A stretch of DNA of 64,000 nt from Fistulifera solaris (lineage: Eukaryota): the NCBI GenBank assembly GCA_030295235.1, contig AP026145.1:62001-126000 (forward strand), read 5' to 3'. The translations under genes were made by a program, and so were the position numbers. Positions 1-11,810 of this stretch are shown piece by piece; within the stretch, counting starts at the first letter, position 1; each line of letters begins with the position of its first letter. Under the pieces are notes generated by a model. That model saw nothing but the letters and a program-made list of their open reading frames with translations. It had not been told where the DNA came from and made no database searches.

Positions 1-339
1 AATTATTTTTAAAAACAAAATAGATTGTTTGTCAAAGTAGTAGTTCATGCTCTCGCACTTGGCTATGACCTAAATGTAAGACCATAGGGACGGGGAATGT
101 TGATACGACCAAGGAGGATACGACTGCCTATTATCCTGCTGAGTCATGAATACCACGTCATTTCTTCTTCCTCTCTTTCGTCGTCGTTTTCGCGCGCGGA
201 TCTTTTTCGAGCACAAAAGATTCATTCGCATCATCAGCAAAGTTCGTTCGGATTCTCATTGCTGCTCATTGTGAAGCTTTTGTGCTTCAAACTTTCCTTT
301 GTTAGCCCTTATAAGGGAAGAAACAGCACGAAAGTAACC

Positions 340-1962
340 ATGTCGTCACAGGAAGATGCTGAGAAGTTGCTGAAAGAAACGGCTTACTTCAAAGAGGCAC
401 CCGAAGCTTTAGTTCAAGAGCTTGCTCGACAAATGCAATGCCTCAATGTTGAAGACGGCCACAATTTCTTTGAAGAAGGAGAGGAAATTCACAGTGTTCT
501 TATTTTAGAAGAGGGAATGCTCGTTCGCACGAAAATGTCCGTCGATGAGAGCGATGTCGCCGAATTACGCAGCAGTCTACGTGAAATGCCTTCGGAGCAC
601 AGCGAATCAGCGAGTAGTGACGATTCGTCTGTGTTGATTGACATGATCAGCGGACGCGCGCAAGTCACGGGATTGCTGCACAATTTCAAAGCAGGTGCCG
701 TAGCGTACGCGACAGTGTCTGCAAAGGGGTCTGTCAAGGCTTGGTTGATTGAGGGCGAAAAGTTTCGTGAAGCTATCACCAAAGAACCCGCATATGCTTT
801 GGAGATGATGTCGGCGTTATCTCGAGAACTTCGGGTCGGTACCAAGTCGTTGCAAGCGTTGGTGCGTCACAGCAAAGCAGGTCATCGCGAAGGAAACGCG
901 ACAACCGAACAGAAAGTGTGCAAAGTCTTGTGTTATGATGCAACCAGCTGGACGATCGAAGGATTTGAACCGGCGATTAAAGAATTCAACGAACAGCACA
1001 AAGAAGAAGGCATCTCTATCGAGATGGAGTTTACGACAGAACGGTTGTCTGAGCACAGTGCTATATTTGCCGCCGGATACAGTGCCGTCTGCTTGTTCGT
1101 GAACGATACGGCGAATAGTAATGTCATTCAGACATTGAGCTTGTTGGGAGTTCGCATGATTGCCATGCGTTGTGCGGGCTTCGATCGTGTCGATACAAAA
1201 GCAGCTCGTGCATTTGGCTTGACTGTCGCACGTGTCCCGGCGTATTCTCCATATGCCGTGGCTGAGATGGGCATTGCCTTGTTGATGAGCGTAAATCGCA
1301 AGATTCATCGTGCGAATAACCGCGTCCGGATGGCGAATTTTACGCTAGATGGCGGTTTGATGGGTATTGATATTCACGGCAAAACAGTAGGTGTCATGGG
1401 GACTGGAAACATTGGCGCTATTTTGTGCAACATACTGTTCGGATTCGGCGCCAATGTCCTCTGTTACGACGTGCACGAAAATCCGGACGTACTTGACAAG
1501 GGTGGTAAATACGTAAGCAAAGAAGAGATATTGAGCCAGTCGGATATTCTTTTCTTGATGATGCCGTTATTGCCCCCAACGAAACACACCATCAACTTCG
1601 ATACGCTGAAGCTGCTCAAGAAGGGTATGATTTTGATTAATACGAGTCGCGGTGGCTTAATTGATACCAAGGCACTACTGAAGGGACTGCAGGACGGTAC
1701 GATTGCGGGAGCCGGGCTGGATGTGTACGAGAACGAGCAAGAGTATTTCTTTCAGGATTGGTCGGCTAAAACAGTCACAGACTCAGACCTTGTTGCCTTA
1801 CTCGGAAACAACAAGGTTGTATTAACCGCCCATCAAGCATTCTTCACACAAGAAGCAGTGGATAAGATTGTGAGTGATACAATTCAGAATCTGACAGATT
1901 ACTACCATTCCAACAAGTCAGGTATCCGTCATCCAAATAATTGTATTCCAGTTCATCACTAG
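340..1962 (+). CDS. ldhA: cyclic-nucleotide-binding-like domain fused to D-lactate dehydrogenase (D-2-hydroxyacid dehydrogenase), copy 1, no presequence
   Basis: Likely start MSSQED at 340. N-terminal cNMP-like region (YFKEAPEALVQELA...FFEEGE..ILEEG...ATVSA). C-terminal LdhA motifs AVCLFVND, MRCAGFDRVD, VPAYSPYAVAE, GVMGTGNIG, INTSRGGLID, GLDVYENE, TAHQAFFT. Confidence 0.9.
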   Translation: MSSQEDAEKLLKETAYFKEAPEALVQELARQMQCLNVEDGHNFFEEGEEIHSVLILEEGMLVRTKMSVDESDVAELRSSLREMPSEHSESASSDDSSVLIDMISGRAQVTGLLHNFKAGAVAYATVSAKGSVKAWLIEGEKFREAITKEPAYALEMMSALSRELRVGTKSLQALVRHSKAGHREGNATTEQKVCKVLCYDATSWTIEGFEPAIKEFNEQHKEEGISIEMEFTTERLSEHSAIFAAGYSAVCLFVNDTANSNVIQTLSLLGVRMIAMRCAGFDRVDTKAARAFGLTVARVPAYSPYAVAEMGIALLMSVNRKIHRANNRVRMANFTLDGGLMGIDIHGKTVGVMGTGNIGAILCNILFGFGANVLCYDVHENPDVLDKGGKYVSKEEILSQSDILFLMMPLLPPTKHTINFDTLKLLKKGMILINTSRGGLIDTKALLKGLQDGTIAGAGLDVYENEQEYFFQDWSAKTVTDSDLVALLGNNKVVLTAHQAFFTQEAVDKIVSDTIQNLTDYYHSNKSGIRHPNNCIPVHH

Positions 1963-2052
1963 TAACGAGGAGTGATCAGTCTCAAGAGATTTGTGTTTTA
2001 CATGACATGAACTTACGTAGTTGATAAATTTACAATATTTTGCAGAAAATAC

Positions 2053-4711
2053 TTAATGCGATGTTGTTCTTGACAGCTCTTCATCTTTTTCCGGAGAGAT
2101 CGCAGTCGCTTTGACGTTCTCAGGACCAAACATTGACAGAACAACAGGCAACAAAATCAGCCCATGGGTAGCACCTAACAGAACCAATCCCAAGAAGGCG
2201 ACAAAGACGGTACCAAAAATTTCGCTTGTGCTGAACGCTAAGGGTAAGATGCCCAGAAAAGTCGACGCGGCCCCTATGAGAATCGAAGCACCCATAGTGC
2301 GAAGAGTCTCTGTTACCTTCTGGCTGCGGCTACCACTTGATTCGTAATAGCGAACAAGTACATGGACAATATAATCAACCGTCAGTCCGATGGACATCAC
2401 CAATGTTACATAGCTGACAGGATTGACAGCTTTGCCGAACCACTGCAGCCAGCCGAGAAGTTCCACGTAGAGGACGCACACCAGAGGCAAGATGAAAACG
2501 GCAGCAGACCAGTGCGGGATCAGCAATAGCGCAATGCCTGTTACAGCAACAACGCCGGTAATTGTTGTAAGAATGAGCTCATTCACAGAGACAGAATAAA
2601 ACTCCCAAATGTCATACACGCCATCGTATGTGAAGAAAAACCAGTCGTCCCTTCCCTCATTGATGGGCTGTGAGCTGGTCACGTCGCGCTGATTCTCCAA
2701 AGCATCAATCTGCTCCTTAACGTTTTCAATATCAACATTATCCATGTTAATCGAGCATCGAGATTCGCGAATATTTCCCGTCTCATCCAACACAATATGA
2801 TCTGCATACAATTCCCGGTACACTGGATCTTGGAGAAACAATTCCATTTGCTGGGAAAACGTCAGCCCTGTGACATTATCTTCAGCCGCAAAAAGTTTGA
2901 AATCGCGTAGCCAAAAGAAGTCGGGGCCCGTTTCGATAGCGTCGATCGATACAAGCTCTTCGATGTAACTCTCCATTTGGTCTTGAATCACAGGATCTGA
3001 CTGATCAACACCGCGGAAGTACACGGCAGGACTCACAGACGATCGAACGGAGTGCTCATTATAAGCATTGAAGAAATCGGCGACGTATGAATCATTCGGA
3101 ACAACTTCTGTGAACTTGAACTCCTGCTTCAGCTTAGAAGCACTGAATGCGCTGGCAACAGCCAATGCGGTAAAACCAGCTATCACGATGCCTTTCACCA
3201 CTTTTTTCATGAGGAACTCAGCATAGCGGCCCATCAGCTCGGTCGCAAAATCCTCTAAATCGTTATGTTCGCCGTCCGACTCGCATTGATCGTCGCGGGC
3301 TTTGAAACACACTAGGCAATCGCGACGCCGATCCGCAATCCTTTTCTCATCCACCACAATGCATCCAACAAAGAAGGTGAGCTGGAACATGAGAACGATG
3401 AAGATGGTGAAACAAGCGTAGAGACAGAGCCAGAAAACGGCCGGCACGCTCGAAAGGCAACCCAAGCCAAAGGCCAGCGTGGAAGTGAGCGTTGTCAGGA
3501 CTATGCTCATACCAATGTCATCCATGGTGTCGAGAATACGATCAACGGGCGTCTTTGACTTGTCGGATCGACTGAAGGCACCACTAATAATAAACGCATC
3601 ATCAAGGCCAATGCCGAAAATGACAAAGGGCAATATCTGCGTCATCGATGTGAAAGGAACTCCGCACACAAACATAAATCCGAATCCACAAAGTAGACTG
3701 AGCATGACAGAGACGACGGCTCCGAATCCGACAAGACTCTGAGAGTAAACCCAGTTGCGCTGCGCGAAAGCTACGCAACAAAAGATCGACATGATAATGA
3801 AGATAGCAGGAACCAAAGGGATGTCTGAAACAATAGCTCGACCAAACTCGTCATCAAAAGAACGCTCCGCTTGAACTTCCAGACGTAGTGCAGTAGAAGA
3901 ATCCCCTTCCCACTCACCACTCAGTTCAAGGATAACGTCTAATGCAACTTCCTCAAAATCTTCAGCCTCGGTGGTATCTGGAAGGTCAATTTGAATTGTA
4001 AATGACTCTGCTGAGACTAGTTGCCCCGAAGCATCGCGAACTGGTTTCCCCATAATATCATTTTCCGAAACGGGGCGGCCATCCGAGTATACGGATGCTG
4101 ACAATGCCGCCACAGCGTCGGCATCCGAAGAAACTTGTTCTTGAAAGACAGTTGCCGACTCGTTAAAGAAGTCAACAATCCCATGCACTTCACACTTTTT
4201 CGAACCGATGGTGTCTGCGCAGACCTCATTGTATTTCGGAAGCGACCGAACCGCATCCAAGGCCTGAAAGACACGGTTGACTTGGTCTTGACCGAGGACA
4301 TTGCCTCCATTTTGGTGAAAGAACATGACAAAGGGACGAGGTTCTCGAGGAAATCCCGAAACATTGTCAATCCACTTTGAGTGTTGAATGGGCTTGGAGC
4401 TTTGGGGCGTCCAAAGCGCTTCACCGTCGACTTCTACTTCAAAGTTGGTGAAGAGACCCAACACGAAGACGCCCAACGAGAGAACAATTACTGCCACAAT
4501 GGTGCGAATAGGATTCCGTGCACTAGCCCCACTGACGACGCGAAGCGAGGTCATGATCGGCCGCCGTGCCGTCTTGACGACGTCTTCCCATTTCTGAGCC
4601 AGACTTTTGCCTGAAATTTACATTATTGATAGGTGAGGTGCATTTCATTTCGTTTGTCGGGGGAATTCTTGATCCGATGCACGATGGCTTACCTTCCTGA
4701 TTTTCCGACAT
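2053..4711 (-). CDS. Patched/NPC1-like sterol-sensing-domain RND-family membrane protein
   Basis: Two sets of hydrophobic helices with GIGLDDAFII and SIGLTVDYIVHV (GxxxD motifs) and HGLILLPV near the end. A 19-nt exon 4693-4711 joins in frame through GT-AG intron 4611-4692 (MSENQEG/KSLAQKWEDVV...). Confidence 0.88.
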
Positions 4712-5176
4712 TTGATTGCAAAAACTTGATGCGAACTACTTTTTAAAATGCCTTAAACAATAATCTTCAAAGCAATAGAACGAATTGTGAGATAAAGATC
4801 AATGATCCGCAAGTCCTTTATCATCGTAATGTGTCTTTCGTCGCAATTGGATCTCTGAATTCTCAGGAACGGCACGTTTGCGTTTCGAAGCTCCAGGAAC
4901 CTCTTGCTTCGATGTTTCTGATACCAATGTCTTTTACTACGTGGCTCCAGTACCGAATTTCTGATCCGACGTCAGCTGTGACATCACAAAAGGTATCATC
5001 TATCGTGGTGTGACACAACAATCATGGAGGACAATGCTTGTATCTTCCGTTCTATTTGCGTCGGTCTATTCCAATCAAACTCTGCAAAGTCTATCCGCGA
5101 GATGTTCCAGGAACACGCCGTCTTTATGAATTAAGTGACGGCTCACGTCGCTTACACCTTCCAACCCCTTGTCAAT

Positions 5177-6277
5177 TCAGGGAACAGGGACAATAAAGAG
5201 CGACTTTCGTTGACTGTTCCAGTTCGTCAAACTATGCCCACGATTCTCGAGTCCCGTTTCAATCACTTTCATAGTTCGATTATGAAAAGCAGGTAGCAAT
5301 CGCTCGCAGTAGACGGAAAGAGGATGCGGCGAATCCACAACACCAGCGACAGATACTGTCTGCATCTCTAGAAACTTTACCGTCAACGGAGCATTCTTCT
5401 TTGGACAGTTTTCGCGGAAATGTCCAACCTCACCGCATTTCCAACAAGGTCCCCAAATCTCTACATCTCTTTGCCGCAGCATGGCTGACGAAAGGAGTGG
5501 ACATTTGGATACTTCGTGCCCGATTCCTTGACAATGATAACATCCCGTTTTGACCGGGTTTCGTCGTGACTTTCGCAGCAAATGAAGCTTGATTCTCTCT
5601 CTTCGGTCCTGATCGGATTCGTATCTCCCAACTTGTAGGATGCGTTCTTCGTCCGCAAGGTATTTGGAAGTCACAACGCGAGGCAAACAACATGGAGCAA
5701 CACTGACGTAAGGACAACGGTCTTCGCCAAGTCGATTCACTAGAGTAATCAAAGATGGAGTGAGCATCTTGCACAAGTGGATCCCAGACAAAGCCAAAGG
5801 CGAAGAAAACCGTGCGAACGTTTCTACCAGTTCATCAGTGTCATGTAAATTGCAATTTTCGAGTAGGGTGACAGGCGGATCCGAAAGAGCCTTCAAGTGA
5901 CTCCAGTCGATTTGCTGCGAGGTTGCCTTCTCTAACAAAACAATCCTGCGCAGTTGCTGAGCCGGCCAGTGCTGGCGAGCATAGTATTGAAGTAACAAGG
6001 AGAAAATCCCCTTACCCCCACAGACATCGATCACGACGAAATGCTCCGGATTTGCCGCTTCTCTCCAGCAATCAAGGTAGTATAAGGCAACCATGCTTTC
6101 TTCTATTTCGTGTCGTAGCGAACGTTTGTTGATAATAGAGGGAAGATCAAACCACGTACGTAAGATTTCTAAGACAGGCTGGAGAAGCGCTTGTTCATAA
6201 GGCCAAATGGGTTGTCGTTCTTCGAGGTATTGAATGGCTCGTCGCAGCGATAGCGCCTTTGGGGCCTCCAGACTCAT
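5177..6277 (-). CDS. SAM-dependent methyltransferase-like protein with two CCHC zinc knuckles
   Basis: Motif I-like VIDVCGGKG, then GIHLC and APCC. Knuckles CYHCQGIGHEVSKC and CWKCGEVGHFRENC (CX2CX4HX4C). Confidence 0.75.
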   Translation of the reverse strand: MSLEAPKALSLRRAIQYLEERQPIWPYEQALLQPVLEILRTWFDLPSIINKRSLRHEIEESMVALYYLDCWREAANPEHFVVIDVCGGKGIFSLLLQYYARQHWPAQQLRRIVLLEKATSQQIDWSHLKALSDPPVTLLENCNLHDTDELVETFARFSSPLALSGIHLCKMLTPSLITLVNRLGEDRCPYVSVAPCCLPRVVTSKYLADEERILQVGRYESDQDRRERIKLHLLRKSRRNPVKTGCYHCQGIGHEVSKCPLLSSAMLRQRDVEIWGPCWKCGEVGHFRENCPKKNAPLTVKFLEMQTVSVAGVVDSPHPLSVYCERLLPAFHNRTMKVIETGLENRGHSLTNWNSQRKSLFIVPVP

Positions 6278-6650
6278 TATTGAAGCACTGTGTTACTTTT
6301 GCTTTTTATTGTTGCAAGCATCAAATCTTGGGCATGAAAATAAAAAAAAATAATGAATGAAATGGGAAAATAAATGCGATGTATTTATGCTGTTTCATGA
6401 TTCATGACTAAAAATCCAGTCATGCTTCGAATAATAGTCTTGCAACGCAACTAAAATAAGAAGACTTTCAAAGACAAGAAACGCGCAAAGCAATACAATG
6501 ATAGAGCTAATGATGGATAGGAGAATCGAACGAACAGTGGAAGATCTGACAAACTCAAAGCGCGGAACAATACAGGGTGATTCGCCTACTCATTCGCCCA
6601 CAATTTTGTACAGGTAGTGGTGCGTTAAGCGTTACTTCATAGTTTCATTC

Positions 6651-8135
6651 TTATGTTTGAAATAGCGCGCTGCACAGTACGTCAACGTGATGGGCGACCA
6701 GCAATGCAGTACGTTGCAAATCGTCGGCGGCATATTGAGACAAAGCCTCAATGACAAGAGGTAATCGAGTAGCCGGTAGTTCTTCCTGCAAGTATTCGGA
6801 GTCGAAGAAAAAGTCGTTGAAGGCATACAAAGCATCGACCTTGTCGCCATCCGTACAAGGCTTGTCGTGCATATCGATTACTTCGATGAATCTGTTTCGC
6901 TTAATCAAATTCTGTAGCCACGTGTAACCAGGGTCAGCATCAACAGGGTACTCACGAAAAAATAAAGTCTGAACAGATGGATGATCTTCCAGACACGCAA
7001 ATAATTCTCTTTGAATAGAGCTGTCCAGTTCCAAAAAGAGCCCACCCAAGTTCAAAACTGTCAGCTGCTCCGTGGTCCTTAACATTTTGATGAGTTCCGT
7101 TTGGATTACCATTGGAATCGGGTACAAGCCGTATATCAGCAGCGCAAGGCGCTCCAAGCAAAGTGAGTGAGCTGCTCGTCGGAAAAAAGATAGCAGAAAT
7201 CTTTCCGGAAATTCGTCTTGCGCTGTGTTCACGTAAACAACTGCTTCATGTAGACGAATATCAACGGTTGACAAATTAGCTTCTATGTTGTCGCTAAAAG
7301 AGGAATCATCCGGGACATGGAAATCTATCCTTTCCAACGGGGCAGCGAGCGCTTTCACAATGTGATCACTGGATATCCCGGGAACAGAAAGCCGCTTGAA
7401 GAGAGACAGATGGTTGGTAAATAGACGATCCTTATTGTAATCACTCAGAGCAGAATAGCAAACAGAGAGAGACCCAAAACAGCACTGTCGGTCACTTAAA
7501 CCATCCACAAATTTATTGCCTCCATCGTCGAATCGCGATAGGTGAAGATTCAGATCGACAACATAGGGCTGCGAAGCGATGATAGCGGCAGCTTCGCTTG
7601 TCAGACTGTTGGTGCAGATTTTTATACTCCGCGGGGGATTCGATGCGCAGGCAAAAACGTGCTGTAACAAATCGCTCAAGTCGCAGCTAAAATCGTCGTG
7701 ACAGTCAATGGAAACTGAAGCGGCTTTCATAGATCCGGGTATGAGTTTCGCAAAATAGACTGCACTTTCCAGGATGGACTCATCGGTCGGGCCGAAAATG
7801 GAGATCGACGGTGTATTCGACTTATCGTTGTCAAACGTCATTGACAGGTTCGTCCTATTCTTTCTTGCATAATAGAGCGGATGATTCGTCTTATCGCGAT
7901 ATTGTTGATAATGATAGTCCCCTTTGTACGTAACGTTAATAAAAGTTAAGCTTCCAGTGCTCATTAACACGGCAATATTCTTGAAACGATCCAGTTCATC
8001 AATATTGACTGGTTGTCGTTGCAACGTGTATACATGATCCACGGCCGCGTCTGTGAAATCAGACGCAGTCTGCGTGATGCTTTGATCGCTGGGGATCAAA
8101 CTGAAAAGAGGAAGAAGGTTGTTATCAGACGACAT
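6651..8135 (-). CDS. hypothetical protein with degenerate RNI-like leucine-rich repeats
   Basis: Long open frame; likely ATG at 8135 (MSSDNNLLPLF). LxxLxL-type segments (LERLALL, LTVLNLG, VQTLFF). The upstream part of the predicted ORF is translated tandem repeat. Confidence 0.65.
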   Translation of the reverse strand: MSSDNNLLPLFSLIPSDQSITQTASDFTDAAVDHVYTLQRQPVNIDELDRFKNIAVLMSTGSLTFINVTYKGDYHYQQYRDKTNHPLYYARKNRTNLSMTFDNDKSNTPSISIFGPTDESILESAVYFAKLIPGSMKAASVSIDCHDDFSCDLSDLLQHVFACASNPPRSIKICTNSLTSEAAAIIASQPYVVDLNLHLSRFDDGGNKFVDGLSDRQCCFGSLSVCYSALSDYNKDRLFTNHLSLFKRLSVPGISSDHIVKALAAPLERIDFHVPDDSSFSDNIEANLSTVDIRLHEAVVYVNTAQDEFPERFLLSFFRRAAHSLCLERLALLIYGLYPIPMVIQTELIKMLRTTEQLTVLNLGGLFLELDSSIQRELFACLEDHPSVQTLFFREYPVDADPGYTWLQNLIKRNRFIEVIDMHDKPCTDGDKVDALYAFNDFFFDSEYLQEELPATRLPLVIEALSQYAADDLQRTALLVAHHVDVLCSALFQT

Positions 8136-8223
8136 GGTCGTTGTGACTAATACAACAATGATATCAGTGAGGACGCGCGAGGAAAAACGCTTGGCACACG
8201 CCCCCGCCAATAAAAAATCCGAT

Positions 8224-8346
8224 CCACAGATTTTCTGGAAATTTGAAAACAACACGCTCCCACATTTTCTGGACAAGTGAAAACAACACGCCCCCACAAT
8301 TTCTGGACATGTGAAAACATCACGCTCCCACATTTTCTGGAGAAGT
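8224..8346. repeat. 34-bp tandem repeat, ~3.5 copies
   Basis: Unit TGAAAACAACACGCTCCCACATTTTCTGGACAAG starts at 8244, 8278 and 8312. Confidence 0.85.
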
Positions 8347-8454
8347 AACTCTTTTCAGATGACGACGACGACGATGATCTCGCATTTTTCTCGTTGTCAC
8401 GCAAAGTCGATGCGTTGAATACATCGATGTTTTTAACTTAAAGCACTTTAACCG

Positions 8455-10316
8455 ATGAAACATGCAACTTTCGCTGTTGTGAGGGATCTGCGCTCGGTAG
8501 TAGGTCGACAAAGATTTGTTTCGTGTGCCACCGTCGGTGGTCGTCGTGTTGACGGTTTAAATTCTTCGAAGACCAGAATTTGCCCCCACTTGAAGCCTGT
8601 CTTTTCGACAGGCATTCGTCAAAGTTACCATGCATCCGCCTACTTAAGTAGCGAAATGAACTCATTAAAGCCATCGAGCAAGATGACTTCGGGGGCGCAA
8701 CATTTTGAGAAAGCAGTCGACCTTTTGAAGGAAGCATCGTATTTTGCCAACGCACCCGATGGACTAATTAGTGAACTGGCTGCCATTATGACTCCGATTC
8801 ACGTCGAAGATGGTCACATCTTCATTGAAGAAGGGGAGGAAATAAGAGGTATTCTGGTATTGGAGGACGGAACCGTAACTCGCACGAAATTGTCAGTGGA
8901 TGAATCTCCTGCGAATGAATCGCGCAATACGCTTCGCGAAGTACCTGCAAAAGAAAGAAACTCCACGATGCAGGATTCTTCAGTACTCATTGATACGATC
9001 AGCGGACGCGCGCAAGTCACGGGATTGCTGCACAATTTCAAAGCGGGGGCTGTCGCGTACGCAACAGTATCTGCAAAAGGATCTGTCAAAGCTTGGTTGA
9101 TTGAGGGCGAAAAGTTTCGTGAAGTTATTACGAAAGAACCCGCATATGCCTTGGAGATGATGTCGGCGTTATCAAGAGAACTTCGGGTCGGTACTAAGTC
9201 ACTGCAAGCGTTGGTGCGTCACAGCAAAGCAGGTCATCGCGAAGGAAACGCGACAACCGAACCGAAAGTGTGTAAAGTCTTGTGTTATGATGCAACCAGC
9301 TGGACGATTGAGGGCTTTCAACCTGCGATTAAAGAATTCAACAAACAGCACAAAGAAGAAGGCATCTCTATCGAGATGGAGTTTACGACAGAACGGTTGT
9401 CTGAGCACAGTGCTATATTCGCTGCCGGATACAATGCCGTCTGCTTGTTCGTGAACGATACGGCGAACAGCAATGTCATTCAGACGCTTAGCTTGTTGGG
9501 AGTTCGCATGATTGCCATGCGTTGTGCGGGATTCGATCGTGTCGATACAAAAGCAGCTCGTGCGTTTGGCTTGACTGTCGCTCGTGTTCCGGCGTATTCT
9601 CCGTATGCCGTCGCCGAGATGGGCATTGCCTTGTTGATGAGTGTAAATCGCAAGATTCATCGCGCCACCAGTCGAGTCAGGATGGCAAATTTCACGTTGG
9701 ACGCCGGCTTGATGGGCGTGGATATACACGGCAAGACAGTGGGTGTCATGGGAACGGGCAAGATTGGAGCTATTTTGTGCAGCATTCTACGAGGATTCGG
9801 TGCCAATGTAATCTGCTATGATGTGTCGGAAAACCCAGAAGTTCTTGAAAAGGTGCGATCTACGTCAGTAAAGAAGAGATTTTGAGCCAATCCGATATTC
9901 TCTTCTTGATGATGCCATTGTTGCCCCCAACGAAACACACAATCAACTTTGAAACGTTGAAACTACTCAAGAAAGGCCTTATTCTAATCAATACGAGTCG
10001 CGGTGGCCTGATTGATACCAAGGCTTTGCTTAAGGGATTGCAGGACGGTACTATTGCTGGTGTCGGACTGGATGTTTATGAAAACGAACAGGACTATTTC
10101 TTTCAGGACTGGTCCGCCAAGACAGTTACAGACGCCGACCTCGTTGCGTTACTCGGAAACAACAAGGTTGTCTTGACAGCGCACCAGGCATTCTTCACAC
10201 AAGAAGCCGTGGATAAGATAGTCGAGGAAACTGTACAAAATTTGACGGATTTTTATCATGCGAACAAGACCGGTCGGCATCACCCGAATAATTGTATTCC
10301 GGCATTAACGAACTAG
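8455..10316 (+). CDS. ldhA: cNMP-like domain/D-lactate dehydrogenase fusion, copy 2, with putative mitochondrial presequence; one apparent frameshift at ~9850
   Basis: Paralogue of 340-1962. ORFs 8455-9885 and 9882-10316 join if one A is added to the A-run at 9848-9851 (EKGAIYVSKEEILSQSD, cf. DKGGKYVSKEEILSQSD). Arg/Ser-rich, acid-poor N-terminal extension. Confidence 0.85.
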
Positions 10317-10556
10317 CCCCCTTTAATTATACTCCGTTATGATTACATGGCTAGTGGTAAGGAGGGAAATGAGTAGATACCAATTTCGCACGCTATAAGG
10401 ATGCCGGTGAGATCGACCTTAGCTAATAATCCGTTTGTCATTCTCCCGTGCACCGATCTTTACCATAGCAAGTTTTCCTCGTTTCTTTCGCATTCAACCC
10501 TTTTTCATTACTAATCGGCACCTTTGTTTTCTCTTTTTTTTCAAACATTCAATGAA

Positions 10557-11810
10557 ATGATACGCCGCACACCCGTTCGTCTTCGTAATAATGTAGTCGC
10601 GATCCATCGTCGTTACTACCTTATTAGCGGCATTCGATTGCCTTCGAACAGGGGCGTTCCTTCATTCTTCCGTATTTCATCAAAAACACCCTTTTCTTCT
10701 AGTGTCGACGACAACAAAACAAAGACAAACAACAATGATGAGACTGCGGATACGCCGGTTCTGACGTGGATTGATACTGCATTACCAGCAACCTGGATAC
10801 CGTACGCACGCTTGGCTCGCATCGACAAACCCATCGGAACCTTTTTATTGCTGTGGCCTTGTGCGTGGAGTACTGCCTTGGCCACCACGCCACCGGATAT
10901 GACACTTTTGAGTTTATTTGCAGCGGGAGCTTTCTTTATGCGGGGCGCTGGCTGCACGATCAATGATTTATGGGATCAAGACATTGATGCTCGCGTTCGT
11001 CGCACGGCGCATCGGCCCTTGGCGTCTGGAGCTGTCACACGAAAACAGGCGTATGCTTTTCTGGTAGCCCAATTGACGGGTGCGCTGGGAGTGTTAGTAT
11101 CTTTGCCGAATATGTGGTACTGTGTGCAGTGGTGTGTGGCGTCGTTGCCTTTGGTGGTAGGTTCAAAGTCCAGATTGAGTGCCTTTGATTGTCGCCCTTA
11201 GTGGCGTTAATTATTTCTGCTTGGCTGCGGTGTTTATCTACTCGCATCACCGCTCATATTATGAATCATTGAATATCATGTTCTTATCCTTTTCTTCGAC
11301 TCATTTAAACAGGCGGTATATCCCTCCATGAAACGATTCTTTCCGTATCCCCAATTGTTTCTGGGATTGACCTTTAACTGGGGTGCATGGGTTGGTTGGG
11401 CAGCCACACATGGAAGCATGGATTATAGTATCATTGCACCGCTATATACTTCGGGAGTGACATGGACCTTGGTGTATGATACGTTGTATGCGCATCAGGA
11501 CAAAGATGACGATCGGGCTCTGGGGTTGTATAGTACAGCTTTGACGTTTGGTGCAAATCCTCGACCTTTGTTGCATGCTTTGGCGGCAGCAACCGGCTTG
11601 CAATGGCTCTATGTTGGCCATGTGGCCGGACTCAATGAATGGATGTACGGTTTGGGTGCGACGGCGGCCTATACACATTTGGCGTGGCAAGTGCAAACAG
11701 CTGAATTTGACAATCCGCACAATTTAATGGAGCGTTTTCGCAGCAATCATACGACAGGAGCATTACTGTTTGGAGGAATTGTGGCAGGGAAGTATTTTAC
11801 GGGTGTTTGA
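10557..11810 (+). CDS. COQ2: 4-hydroxybenzoate polyprenyltransferase (UbiA family), mitochondrial
   Basis: RIDKPIGT.LL.WPC, GAGCTINDLWDQDID..V.RT..RPLASG, YP.MKRF, LGLTFNWGA, YDTLYAHQDK.DD. GT-AG intron 11157-11312 joins the two ORFs in frame (LPLV/AVYPSMKR). Confidence 0.95.

Noticed and set aside
97..339. 81-aa N-terminal extension of LDH copy 1 from the ORF track
   Set aside because: It looks like promoter/5' UTR read-through (low complexity, no targeting character), and homology with copy 2 begins near ATG 340. Not excluded without transcript data.
5400..5545. CCHC knuckles as a retrotransposon gag remnant
   Set aside because: They are in frame within an intact methyltransferase-like ORF, with no protease, RT, integrase or LTRs nearby.
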